DNA of 64,000 nt. It comes from Chlorokybus atmophyticus (lineage: Eukaryota > Plantae > Mesostigma and Chlorokybus algae). This document shows positions 41,080 through 53,915 of this stretch, piece after piece. The notes beneath the pieces were generated by a model, which did no database searches, was not told the origin of the DNA, and was given only the letters and a program-made list of their open reading frames with translations. Location: NCBI GenBank assembly GCA_009103225.1, contig RHPI01002090.1:974725-1038724 (forward strand). The letters run 5' to 3'. The stretch's first letter is position 1; each line of letters starts with the position of its first letter. The position numbers were made by a program, and so were the translations under genes.

Positions 41080-41552
41080 CAACATATGGAACATGCGTGA
41101 GTCTACGCGTTACAAATCAGCATGGTGATGATAACGAGACAATGAATTTGCCGTATTGCTATTGCTCATTGCTGCTACACCTACATTGGGCATTTTTGTC
41201 CTCTTAGAAACGTGATTGAGTAACATGTTCGCAGTATACATTCAGTGACGTCATTTGCAAAGTTATAAACATATTGCAATTATATAAATATGTAAGCATA
41301 GTAGTTGATCTACGACTGTTGAATACAATGTCATTGTCATTGTCAGCGTTGTGTGCAGGATAATTTGTTTGCAAGATGTACTGCATGTCTCTTTAAGTGA
41401 CATTGTCAAAGCACTTTGAGACACATGACCTGCAGTTCATGATGTAGCTTACAAGAAGTGTTTTTGTGACAACCTCGATGTGAGAGCACGTCTCTTACAC
41501 CGAGGAAGGACGCCCTTCGTATAAGACAAAAGAACACGAAAGTCTCTGAGAC

Positions 41553-42342
41553 ATGACATGCGAGACTGCGACCAGTGGCGGCGGCGGCGGCGGCGGCGGC
41601 AAGGAGGGCAGGGGGCATGGGACTGCAGATGTTGTCGTGAGTACCGTTATGGAGGAGTACGAGGTGAGGAATCAAAGAAGAGAGACAGCTTTGGTTTGCT
41701 GTCGTTGGTCTTGTCGCTGACACCGTAGCCTCACAAGTCGTAATGTGTCCGTTGTCACCTGAAAAGGCTTGCATAGTTTCGCCAGCAAATCTCGACGTCA
41801 TGCACACGCTGTGTGTTCTGCGATGCATGCAGTAGTTTGGTTGGTTCCAGCGTGCATCCGAGCTAAATGTGCGCAACACCCTATAGAGCAGCCTTATTAG
41901 TTATTCGTATCAGTCGGGCATACACATTACATGTGCGTATGCGGCAAGGACTTGTGTCGTTGTCATTCATTGGTGTTGCGCAGGTGGAGGAGGTGAAGCA
42001 GAATGCGGCGGAGACGCTCTCGCGCTACTCGCACCTCACACTCGGCGTGCTTACGGATGGCACCCCTCCCGCCCGGCTCCGCCTCCACCTCCTCAAAGTA
42101 GGCCTTAATTCACAATCCCGCGAGTGTGAACTGCCCCACACACCAAACATGCGTGCTTTGTCCACCTTGTTGTAAACATGCATGCGAGGAAAGGATTTGA
42201 AAGGTTGACTCTGCAGGAGATTTCCGGTATGTCTCGGGAAGAGCCGGCGGTGGCATTCCCGGCCGCGCCGCCCACGTTGACCACCGCCTCAGCGCACCAC
42301 GCCAACCAACTCCAGCAGCGGCAGCGGGAACGAGAGCAATGA
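41553..42342 (+). CDS. Putative small orphan protein, 116 aa, three phase-0 exons
   Basis: Exons 41553-41663 (donor gtgagg), 41984-42097 (gcgcag acceptor, gtaggc donor) and 42217-42342 (ctgcag acceptor) are 111, 114 and 126 nt and join in frame. Product: [90 protein letters not shown]...QRQREREQ*. Confidence 0.6.
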
Positions 42343-43405
42343 TAGCCGCATACACGGCATTGCGTATGCTGGCAACCGCTTCATTGCATTGTTGATGGCC
42401 GCACCTTGCATGTACATAACACCCAGCCATGTTCAACAGGTCTATTGCAACGGTCAGGGCAGTGCCTTGGGCATTTTGTGATGCTCAAGGTCAGGCAGCA
42501 TAGGGTATATAATTCGGCCCAGCATTGTACAGTGTTGCACACGATGGTATGCATGAACAGCATCTCGGGCAAACTGCAGACACAAGCATGCCTAGCTAAG
42601 CCCTCTGGTGAATAAAGCTCTGGTTGGGTGGGTGGTTATGCGTGTGAGGCTGCCATGTGTGGGATTGCCATGTGTGTTTGCATCTTCCATAGTGTGAGAG
42701 CATGAATGGAGCAGTCTTTGGATATATGCAAGCATGATTTTGTTGGCTTAATTTGAGTGTGATCTGCATCAGCATGTTTATGCCTGTGTGGCGTATTTAC
42801 TTTGTTATCTGCAGTTGTGTCACGACATGCCAACGTGGACACTCGGTATGGCTGCTACATTGCCAACTCCCTGCCGCACAGTGAGCCACTGCTTGAAGCT
42901 GGCCGCCGATGACAACTTCACCATGCAGTACGACATAAGCAATGCAAACTTCATTACACACGCACCATGTTGGTCAGATCCTAGATTCCTCAGCCAAGGG
43001 ATAACCGCGCGAAGATTGACTCGTGATTGCATTATCGGCTTGCACAGGAAAATGCATATGCGCGGTGCATGACAGATGCGCTAACATTCACAATTATGTG
43101 TGCGTTTTGCCAGTGTCTGTGTCACTCAATATGCACATGCAAAACCTGCAAGAATTGCTCCACACCTTTCAAACCATGAGGACTGCCAGCAGCTGCGCAA
43201 CCGACACACATAGATTGCCACAAACAGCAATACAAGTTTCTTGCACCGCCCATATTCAGAGCTACAAACTATCGTGGCTGCCTGTCCTATGACAACCCTG
43301 ACATGCACAGAACAACATAGTACTACAATACGCAGCTGCACAGTGGTGACCAGCTGCAGAGGCTGCTGCAACAAGTACAGCAGGTATATACTAGCAATGA
43401 GAACC

Positions 43406-46400
43406 CTACTGGTCCAGGAAGAATGCATCAAGTGGCTTGCCAATGGCATACACAATGAAGCCAATCTTGCGCAGCTCAGTATGGTCGACAACGTTGCGCC
43501 CGTCGAATACGAATGCTGGCTTGACCATACTGTCATAGATCTGTGCAGCATACGCTTAAGTAAGTGCAATTTCAACAGTGACTGTCATGCCTGAGACAAC
43601 CTTCCGAGCAACAGTAGTAGACAACCCATCCAGGCTGACTGCACTCTTACCTTCTGGTAGTCCAAGTCCTTGAACTCGTCCCACTCGGTGAGAATGCACA
43701 CAGCGGAGGAGCCCTTGGCTGCGCTGTACGCGTCTGGAGCTGACATCACCTTGTTGAAGCTGGTGGGGCTGGTTGGGGCTGCCTTGCCGGGATTTGGGTG
43801 GTCCCAGGCAAAAGGCTCATACTCCAGTTCCCGCTGAATCTGCTCATGTCTGTGTATACACTAGCCGTCAGACCCTGTTGCAAGGTCCCTACTTGATGAA
43901 CGTAATGTAACGTACGTGACTTGGGGATCGTAGATGTGGACGGAAGCACCGTCTTGCAGAAGGCCGTGGCACACATCAATCGCAGGGGTCTCACGAGTAT
44001 CACCAGTGTCCTTCTTGAAGGCGAATCCAAAGATTCCGATGCGCTTGCCGCTGATGGTGTTGAACATAGCAGACACGACGCGCTGATACACACGAATGTG
44101 AGCATGGCAGGTTGTTGCAATCGCACAGCAGTGACATGCTCAGTTGCCTACCTTCACGAAGCGGCTCTTCTGGTAGTCGTTGATGCTGACAACCTGCTTC
44201 CAGTACTCTGCAACTTCCGGAAGGCCGTTGCTCTCGCAGATATACACCAAGTTCAGGATATCCTGGGAAAGAACAGGGTCAACAAAACTGCATGCGCAAA
44301 TTATGACAACAGTAGACCAGAACAATTGCAGCTTTGGACTGTGATACACGTGATTAGCCTCTGTAACATACCTTCTGGAAGCATGAACCACCAAAACCAA
44401 CGGACGCCTTCAAGAACTTTGGTCCAATACGGGAATCTGTGCCAATGGCGTGTGAGACCTGGTTGACATCCGCACCAGTGGCCTGTAGATGAACGGCAAG
44501 TTAGTCACTATGCATGCAACCAACATTACCTCCCAGGATGTATCAACTCAATGCACCAACCTCGCATAGAGCAGACATGGCGTTCACAGATGAGATACGC
44601 TGCGCAAGGAAGGCATTGGCAGCAAGCTTGGATAGCTCAGCGGACCTATTTGTGCCAACTGTCAGCTTGGATACCATCTGATGCCATTCAGCATTCCTCA
44701 GCATCCACTGCCCCCCCCCCAGCAAGCCAGGCGCTTTGCCCNNNNNNNNNNNNNNNNNNNNNNNNNNNNNNNNNNNNNNNNNNNNNNNNNNNNNNNNNNN
44801 NNNNNNNNNNNNNNNNNNNNNNNNNNNNNNNNNNNNNNNNNNNNNNNNNNNNNNNNNNNNNNNNNNNNNNNNNNNNNNNNNNNNNNNNNNNNNNNNNNNN
44901 NNNNNNNNNNNNNNNNNNNNNNNNNNNNNNNNNNNNNNNNNNNNNNNNNNNNNNNNNNNNNNNNNNNNNNNNNNNNNNNNNNNNNNNNNNNNNNNNNNNN
45001 NNNNNNNNNNNNNNNNNNNNNNNNNNNNNNNNNNNNNNNNNNNNNNNNNNNNNNNNNNNNNNNNNNNNNNNNNNNNNNNNNNNNNNNNNNNNNNNNNNNN
45101 NNNNNNNNNNNNNNNNNNNNNNNNNNNNNNNNNNNNNNNNNNNNNNNNNNNNNNNNNNNNNNNNNNNNNNNNNNNNNNNNNNNNNNNNNNNNNNNNNNNN
45201 NNNNNNNNNNNNNNNNNNNNNNNNNNNNNNNCCCCCCCCCCAAATGAGAGGGTAGTCTGCTAGGCATGCGTACCAGAGGTTAGCAGTGAGGATACGCTCC
45301 TCTGGTACCCAGTGAGCATACACCCACTTAAGAGCAGCAACCGCTGCTTGTCCGCCCTTGGTCTCCCGACCACCTGTCAAAGGCATGCATACTAAGCTTG
45401 CGACATTTGTCATTTGGCATAAACCTGACAGCAGCAATTGAGTCTGTTGTGATTGGACATTGCACAGAGTGAACTGCATACCAATGAGCACACGGTCAGG
45501 GGTCTTCAGGTCCTCAATGGCTGTGCCCTCAGCAAGGAACTCAGGGTTGGACAAGATCTGCACACAGGTACAACAGTCAATTGAGTGCGCAGTCATCAAA
45601 CATACACCTTGCAAGCAGGCAAATGCTTCGGGCATGCATGCAAAGCGAACCAGTGATGGTAAACAGAGCAAACAAGCACTCTCCAGCAGGTCAGTAGCAT
45701 TGCTACAACACAATTCCGAACCTGGAAGTCAATGCCAGTGTTGGCGGCATTTGGCACAAGAATCTTCTCAATGGCTTCTGCTGTCTTGACAGGGACGGTT
45801 GACTTCTCTACCACCTGTAGCCAATTGCACAAACAACAATCAACTAACAGCCAGGGATTATCTTGCCAGGCAACTCAACATTGCATGCTCACAATCGCAA
45901 TCAGCTGTTTTGCAAAGTTGATTACTCACGATCTTGCTGGAGGTGGAGACGCGAGCAATCATGCGAGCTGCACTTTCCCAGTACGTGAGGTCAGCGGCAC
46001 GGCCAGCACCAAGTCCCTGCATTATCATGCACTCAATGAGACTCAAAGAGAAACTGTGCAGTTGGCATACAGTGAAAGCTTGCTACTTGAGACGTCCCTG
46101 GCACAGAGCATGACATACCCGAGTCTTGGTGGGGGTGTTCACAGACACGAACACCATGTCCGCCCAGGCAATGTACTTCTCAACATCTGTGCTGAAGTAC
46201 AGGTTGCGGCCGCGGGCTGCCTTGACCTGCATGCTGTGCTGTCAGCACCAGCAAGAAAGTGAAGACTGACAGCCAGATGGCATACCCGCAACATGACAGA
46301 TGGGACAGCACTGCATGCAAAAGTACGCAATCTGTATGTTGCAAATGAACATGCACTTTGGCTGCATTGCTGGTACATAAATTGGGTGCAATCGGTTAAG

Positions 46401-46845
46401 AACAGGTGAGCAGCGTGTACTGGTGTCACATCACACTGCATTGTTGCCACACTTGCAAAAGGCAATTCTGGAAGTGTCACTCACCACTTCATCAAGACCA
46501 GGCTCGTAAATGGGCAGCTTGTCGCTGTTCCAGGCGTCAATGCGGGACTTGTTGATGTCCACCACAGCGACCTGCGATATCAGACATACAAATGAGAACA
46601 TGCCAGTAGTGAGCCGAGCCAGTGAACGGCCAAGCCCTGGCATTGCCAAGACGTAGCCGTGGCATGCAGTGCCAGTCTTGTCGTGTAAGAAAGATGTTTG
46701 CAACAGAGAACGCTCTGGTTGTAGCATCATGTGAACTGACCTCGACGTCGTCAGGGCATTTGTAGGCGATCATGGCCATGGTGGGGCCGCCCACATAGCC
46801 GGCACCAATGCAACAGATCTTCATGTGCTTGGGCGCTTCGGCCAT
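43406..46845 (-). CDS. UGD: UDP-glucose 6-dehydrogenase
   Basis: Exons give [89 protein letters not shown] and [11 protein letters not shown]...FFLDQ*. The N gap falls inside an intron. Confidence 0.97.
44742..45231. other. Assembly gap (N run) inside a UGD intron, with C tracts on both sides
   Basis: Seen directly. Confidence 1.
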
Positions 46846-48553
46846 TGCTGCAAAGATCGGACGGCTAGACGGCACACGAAACCCGACGTGAGAAGCAGCC
46901 ACCAAGCGGCTAGGGTTGGAGCGTTGTCGCCGCCTTCGCCGCCAACGTCCTTGCCTCCGCCTCCGCCGCTGCCGCCACTGCTGCGCCTCACACTCTGGTC
47001 TTACAACATTGCCGACCTTGTGTGAAATATAACTGCACGCACGCACGGCGTGACCGCCAACTGGAGCCCCACCCTCCGTCATGTGACTGCTGTCACGCGC
47101 ACCAACCGACGTCGACCATGTCCTCAAACTGGAAAGGACCCCGGCTTTTACTCCCGAAAGTGGCCACTTCCGGTAGGGGCAGCGAAAGCCGACTAAAAAC
47201 CCGCCTTTTGTGGATCCCAAGGCCACTTCTACTCGAATGGACCCTGCGAAAGTCCTGTCACGCAAGTCGTGTGACATGACGCGGGTCTTGTCAAGCGTGA
47301 AGGCCTTTTTGCAACTTTTGCAAGTGTAAATTGTCGTGTAGACGCTGTCCAGTTGTTGACGGAGGCTGGTCGTCGGTCCAGGCCGTTTTAGGAAAGGATG
47401 ACGCGCGCGCGCGCGTGTTTCGTCCGACCAACCTGGCAACCGCAGCGTGCGGATTCCGTGCATGTAACACGCTGCAGCAGCGCTGTACTAGAGCAGCGCT
47501 GTACTGGCTACTTAGTACTGTCCTGGCGCAAGCCAATTCCCGCTTGCTGTCCAGGCACGACGTCCGGACGTGGGACCTACCCGTTCTGCGACCAAAGTGG
47601 CGTCGTGAATCAGCGCTGCATCAGCAGAGGATGGCTGATTCACCTTCGCGGGATCAGCGTCAGCGTCAGAACTGACTCACCGAGCCCGAGGGGAACTACC
47701 AATTGTGATTCACTGCTGTGAATTATCCAGCCGTGAAGAAGTCACAGCAGGCAGGAGAAAGTGGTTGTTGCGAGGACCAAAAAGTGCAGGGCGGCAAAAA
47801 AGAGCGCAGTGCTGCTGACGTTGGCGCGCAGGCTCCGCGTGCTGTTGGGCGGTGAAGTAGTCAAGCAGCTACCCGCCGACGATGTCGGTGTTGTCTTGGG
47901 CATAGTGGCGGAGGTCGTGCGTGTCTGATGTACAGGTAGTCCTGGCTTGCGCGCGCGGGGATTACGAGAGAGTTGAAGCAGGTGGCTGCTGAGAGTCGAA
48001 CAGACTGACAGCTTCTGGTTTGGAACCAGGTTGATTGACAGCCATCTTCTTCACCTTGTTGCTGGCTGCGTCAAGCTGCTGTAGGTAACTGCATCCAGCT
48101 GTGGTAATTGTTGTCTTCCAACTGGTTTTGAAGCGTTGTGGCTGAAGAGAACACCTGCCAACGAGCGTTGCGAGGCTACTGCCCGGTAGCTGCACATGTG
48201 GCTACCGGGCTGACGTGCTTGTGCCTGCTAGTCGCATGCTTAAGGACCTGCATACTGCCACTGTTGCGTCCAGCATAGGCATGCTTGGCAACTGCGGTTA
48301 GTTGCATGCAGCTCAGCTGTATTGCTGCGCCATTGTGCATGGATGCTGCCATGGTGCGTGGATACCAGCAACACTGTTTGGTGTGAGCGACGGCAATGCA
48401 TGCCTTAAGCTGCTTCAACAATTGACAATGGAACCGTCTGCTTCCTTGTTGCCGTCGTCATATCTAAGCAGTGGCGTCACTGTTTCTAACAACCTTTTGC
48501 TGTCAGTCTTGGCAGCTTTTGCCATGGGGGTGGCAGTGGATCTGTCGCTCAGC

Positions 48554-50857
48554 ATGACTGCACTCGTGGCTGGGACTGCCAGCAGTGCCGCTATGGTTTC
48601 CCGCCATGCCAGGCTTACATCACAGCGCTCTTCAGTACCGAACAAGCGCTTCCATGGTGAGTCCATTGTACGTGGCTGCAGCTGTTTGCTGGATGCTTCA
48701 CCTAACCTTGTTGCTGGTGCTCACGTGAGCATAGGCATCAACACTAAGCCATGCATGCTGTGCTGGTTTGATAAGTACTGTGGCCCTCTTATGGCGCTTG
48801 TTGTTGTCCATATATGTTGATTGACGTAGTTCAAGCAGATGAATAATGCTCGATGCTTGTGGCGAAATCTGGCCATTGCAGGGTTGAAGGTTGCTGGTAG
48901 TGTAGGTCGCATGTTGCGTATGGCACCAAGCACATGGCGATCTAGAGCTATGCAATCCACCCGTGCGGAAGTGGCGGCTGAAGAGGCCGATGCTGATGTG
49001 GTAAGTTGTTAAGTGTTATGAGCTTCATGCAATGCACAGGTAGTCAAAGCGCATTTGTCTCATATCGGTTGTGATGTGGAGGTGTTTGTCTCATGCTTGC
49101 ATTTGTGCTCATGTCTTTACATCTCGTGCAGGCTGCTGATGTACCTGACTTTCCCGATTGGGATTATTACGCCTTGCTGCTGGTTGAAGAGGATGCGCCC
49201 TCGGCAGTCATCAAGCAAAACTATCGCATCCTGCAGAAGCGTTGCCACCCAGGTAAGGACGATGACACGCGACAGAAGAAACATGTGTTTCTGACCATGA
49301 GGCAGTGCATTTCATCTCGCGACACTCACAGACATCATGGGTGAGCACGGGCACCACATGAGCAGTCTTCTCAACAAGGCATACAGCACGCTGATGGACC
49401 CGCACCTGCGCGCTGCTTTCAACACAGTAAGTTCACTTGAGAGTCCTGGACTAGTGCTAGCAGATCAGAATGCTGGAGTAGACCTCCAAATCTCGTGCTG
49501 CAACCATGCTACAGGACCGCCGACTGCGCTTGGAGAGTGCTTTTACAGTAAAGGGCGTTTCTACATGGAAAGGGCCTGATGAGGAGCAACGGGCTGTCTT
49601 TGTCGATGAGAACACCTGCATCGGTAAGGACTGACAGCAACTGGCAAGGTTGCCTGTGACTGCTTGCAACCTGATCAGCATTGCACCAGGTTGCCTGAAC
49701 TGTGCTTTCATTGCTCCCGAGACTTTTGCCATTGAAAATCGCCACGGCCGAGCCCGTGTGGTGCACCAGTGGGGGGATGACAAGCCTGCTCTGGACGCTG
49801 CCATTCAAAGCTGCCCTGTTAGCTGCATCTTCTGGGTCGACCGGTCTCGGTAAGCCTCCAATGCACTGCCTTTTCCTGCGAATGGCATAGTGCCGCTACG
49901 CCAAGCTGACTTGTCTATTGTGCAGTGTTGCTGCATTGGAGCATGTCATGGCGCAGCAGGTATGTGTTGCAGTGGTGGTGCACAACGCTTTGCTGCTTTC
50001 ATGTAAGCGTACATTACAACGCGACATGTTTGCCAGACGCGCACAACTCCCGGGGTGAGAGAGCAGTATGGCAGGCGGATCATTGATGTTTTCATGGCTA
50101 CCGAGTCGTTCCTCAAGAAACGGCGAGCCGCCGTTGAGCGAAGGGCACGAGGCAGCAGCATATTTGAGACTGCAGCACAGGTACAACTCAATGCAGATAC
50201 GGCAACACATTGTACATATCTCACTTTTGAAGCAACGGTGTGCCAAGCCAAGAGCTGGCGTGGCTCTGTTTGCCCACAGCACTGACACAGCTTGTTGAAA
50301 CATACCAGAAAGCTGCGAGGACGGCAGCTTCAGAGCTGCTGCGCAACACAAACAACCAGAACTCATGGTTTCAACGAATGCAAGAAGTCTTGTACAGTGC
50401 AGCGTTTGGGGGCGCTGTGGATTCGGAGGGCAACGTGTAAGCGCACTGCCTGTAATGTGATGACACTGAGGGCAAGGCAACTGCATCTGACATTAAACCG
50501 CATTGCAGGAGGAAGCGTGCAAAGTACTTTTTGCCTGCACCTTCTGGTTCATACTCAAAGCCAATCCCTGACAACACTTCCTCCAAGGTCCGTCTCCAGT
50601 CCAGCATTCGCATTGTTCAGTTGTTTGCGCAGCTGCAAGGCGTTCACCTGCCTGTCTACATAGAGGTTCACTCAGTGGTTCTGCAGGATGGCAAGTATGA
50701 GCAGCGAGCTTGGGATGAGTTCAACGACAATTTGCGAAAGCGCACTTCACCAAGCAATGAGGATAGCGAGTACTGGAAGCCGATTGAGTTGGAGATTGGT
50801 CGCGAGTACGTCCCACGAGAGCAACGGCCTCAGCCCGTCTACAACAGAGGTTCGTGA
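48554..50857 (+). CDS. Plastid J-domain/ferredoxin protein (DnaJ-Fer, DJC76/CDJ3-5-like)
   Basis: Transit-peptide-like exons join in phase (NKRFH G|LKVAG). The J-domain reads DYYALLLV...IKQNYRILQKRCHP|D and the Fe-S domain reads AVFVDENTCI|GCLNCAFIAPETF...GRARVVHQWGD...AIQSCPVSCIFWV. An alternative start exists at 48428. Confidence 0.9.
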
Positions 50858-53059
50858 CAGCTTGCAGTTTTTATTTTTTCAACCTTGCAATTACTCTTGC
50901 AGAACCTCTGACTATGGAAACATGATTGCCCAGCTGTCCGCCACGCGCAGCAGGCTGCACCAGTTGTCGAGGAGTCCAAAGGGAGTGGCTTCCATCTTGG
51001 GTCAATGCTGATGTTTGTGGGTATGTTGCTGAATCCGCAAGTCGCTGTGTACTTAGACAACTACTTAGGCTGACTGAGCTTCGGTCATTTGGGACATGCT
51101 CACATGCTCTTGGTGGCTGCAGTGGGAGCCTGCTTTGTGCTGTCCACCTTTTCATCGTCCTCAGTAAGTTCGACCAGCGCTTCCACATTGGTGCCTGTGC
51201 GTGAGCCGGTGGAGCAGCACAAGTTTGACAGAGCAGCAGGTACTGCAGGGATCTTCACTAACTACGTTTGTGATGATGAGCGTGTTCCACACCGGCTGTG
51301 GGCTGTTGTCCTGAAGTTGAGTTGGTTCTATTGCTGTGTGCAGCAAGGGAGCGCTGCCGGCAGAGCGGTGGTGGCTTCTGCCGCTTCTTTGAGTGAGTGC
51401 CGGACGGGCTCAGGAGACCTGATCCAGGAGGTTGTGGTGATGTACAGTATCACGAACAGAGGTTATACATATGCAGAGGTAGATGGATGCAAACCATTGG
51501 TGTGCCTGCCAATTGACAGGGTGATGATGTGTATAGACAGCAAAAAGACTGCTTGGCGCAATGAAGCACTGTACAGCGTATGGATTGTACTGCCTGGTTG
51601 CACTGAATCTAAGCAGCCTTCCCAACAGCACTTGTGTGGCTGTGTCGTGCATTGTTGGTCAGCGCGATCCAGAAAGCCAGTGGATACTTGGCAGCACAAT
51701 GGCCATTGCGAGTGACATGTTGTCATATCTGTGTAAGATATGTCCCATACAGGCTGCTCTATGATACTGGTTGTCATATTAGCTATACTCATTGCTTGGC
51801 TACCAATTGCTGCTGCTACTGTGTTTGCAACACACCACCGCGCGTATCCTGTACATATGTATGCAGCTATGTTGAATTTCACTTGCATTCTTGTTCTTCT
51901 TCTTCTGAAGTATGAAGGGCCATGGTTGTGTAGTGTCAAGTGATATGCAGCTATATGCTGGTTCTGTTATATTGAATTTCACTTGCATTCCAACTCTTCT
52001 TCAGAAGAAGAAGAAGAAGAATTCTGAAGTACGAAGAGCCATAATTGTGTAGTGTCAGGTTGCACCATGGCAACAAGCTCATTGTGGCGGTTGTGTACAG
52101 GATATGCGCGGGGCTGCTGTGTAAATTAAGGCTGCACTTTGTAAACGACGGTACAATTGCGGTAAAGCAAACTCAAGGGTCAAGGGGCCACAGTAGACAA
52201 GCAAGTAGTGTGCAAACCAACACGGCAACCAGCAGTGGGACGCACTCAATTTGCATGGGGGCCAAGGCAGATTTAATTTAGATACAGCCAACAAGGATTG
52301 CTTGGACTGCTAGGACAACCCTCAAGCAGTAAGCGAGAGCAGGGGCAACCAACAGCGAGGTGAAGCACAACCTGCAGAGCGCAGGAAGAGAGCAGGAAGA
52401 GGTTTGGCTCGGGCTTAAGCAGGAGCAGCATGCATTACTCAAACACCGACGCATAGACTTGGCCCCATCTAAGTTCTGCTCCTCCGCTATGGTTACGGCG
52501 CCAACGCCATAACTTCAATCTAACCACCTGTTGCTTTGACCCGCGTTCAAGTCAAATCAATTTAGCTGCAGGCTGTACATGTGTCTTCGCAGTTGATTCA
52601 GCCAACGGGCCTTATCATGAACGTGCGAAGCATATTTAGGCTGATAAGTTATGGCGTGTTGCAAGATCCGGGGGGACAGTTTTGGTGCAACATTGCTCAA
52701 AGTTCTGGTGAAGTCGAATGCATTATGCCGTTTTCAAGATATGTTATATTACTTTGCAATATGTGCAAGTGACTCGCAGGTTAAACATAGCTTGCATTTA
52801 CGCGCTTTCATGATACATTGTCAATGGCTTGAGCTACACCTCTCGCTACCTATTTAAATAGGCTGAAGCAAACTGAGAACATAAGACACTTGCCAAGATA
52901 TGGTAGTGCATTAAGGGCACGCCTTGACACGTCCAAACATCTTTATACACCCGGTGAGTCTCATAGACACAAGGGCAACCATTTACAACGTCACAGATAA
53001 GGCCACTATACATCTTATTAAACAAGCTTATTTGTTGGAGCAATAGTTTTTGAGGACGC

Positions 53060-53915
53060 TCGGAGCAGCAAGTTAATGAACCTCTACTATTTTTACTCCT
53101 CGCGGCATTGTGGCATTGATAGAGGCTTGGCTTGAATTGTATTCACTAAATTATTATTTCAAGACCCATACGTTGCAAATGGAGTAAGCCCATGAAACTC
53201 TCTCAATTTGAATGGGTAAACTATTGGAGCTGCTAAGCATTGTAATGTGCGTGAGTTAAATAACTTCGTTTAACTTGGATGGCTGAACTGAGAGCTCCCG
53301 TGCCATGAGGAGGCAACCTAACAACATGATTGAGGTAATGGACCCCTAAGAGCTTGATTGGCTGCATTGTGAGAGCTCTCATACTTTGCAACGGTGAGTT
53401 AATGAACCTCCTTTACTTGTTATCGACTGAGCTCTAAGAGCTTTTATGCCTTGCAACATGAGTAAGTTGCTGCATTTTCATTAGCTTGAATTGGCTGAAC
53501 TGTGAGAGCTTTCACACCTTGCAACGTGAGTTAATGAACCTCTCTTTACTTGGATGGAGCTCCCATGCCTTGTAGCAGGCGTGAGTCAATGGAACTTTCT
53601 TGGCTTGGATTAGCTCAGCTGCGAAAGCTCCCATGGCTTGCAACAAAAGTAAGTCAATGAAACTCTCCTGGCTTGGATTGGCTCAGCTGTGGGAGCTCCC
53701 ATGCCTAGCGACATGAGTGAGATATGGACCTCTCTTAACTTGGAATGGCTGAGATGTGGGAGCTCCCATGCCTAGCAATAGGAGTGAGATATTGGACCTC
53801 CCGTTAACTTGGATTGGCTGAGCTGTGAAAGCTCCCATGCCTTGCAAGAGGAGTGAGTTTATTAACCTCTCGTAACTTGCATGGCTGAACTGCGAGAGCT
53901 TCCATGCCTTGCAAT
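53060..53915 (+). pseudogene. Degenerate tandem array of about 65-69-bp units (about 12-13 copies) translating as LRR-like repeats
   Basis: The core (G)AGCT(C/T)(C/T)CATGCC recurs at about 53293, 53374, 53439, 53507, 53558, 53626, 53694, 53761, 53830 and 53897. A frame-corrected consensus is approximately ELMNLSLLGLAELRELPCLA, with stops and frameshifts. The tandem repeat is certain; the LRR origin is inferred. Confidence 0.6.

Noticed and set aside
20243-46845. Possible nucleotide-sugar gene cluster (UDP-sugar transporter, ALG14, UGD)
   Set aside because: The genes belong to different pathways and are separated by unrelated housekeeping genes; chance is sufficient without synteny evidence.
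47962-48400. Small two-exon minus-strand gene upstream of DnaJ-Fer
   Set aside because: The donor (gtcctt) is weak and there is no recognisable homology; unsupported.
51089-51715. 208-aa plus-strand ORF with a signal-peptide-like start; also a minus-strand terminal-exon-like segment (GTNVEALVELTEDDEKVDS...SM*)
   Set aside because: No family motif, it runs into the duplicated 292-bp segment, and I could not build a phase-consistent model on either strand.
52500-53050. Endogenous giant-virus fragment
   Set aside because: No recognisable viral protein motif in any frame; composition alone is not evidence.
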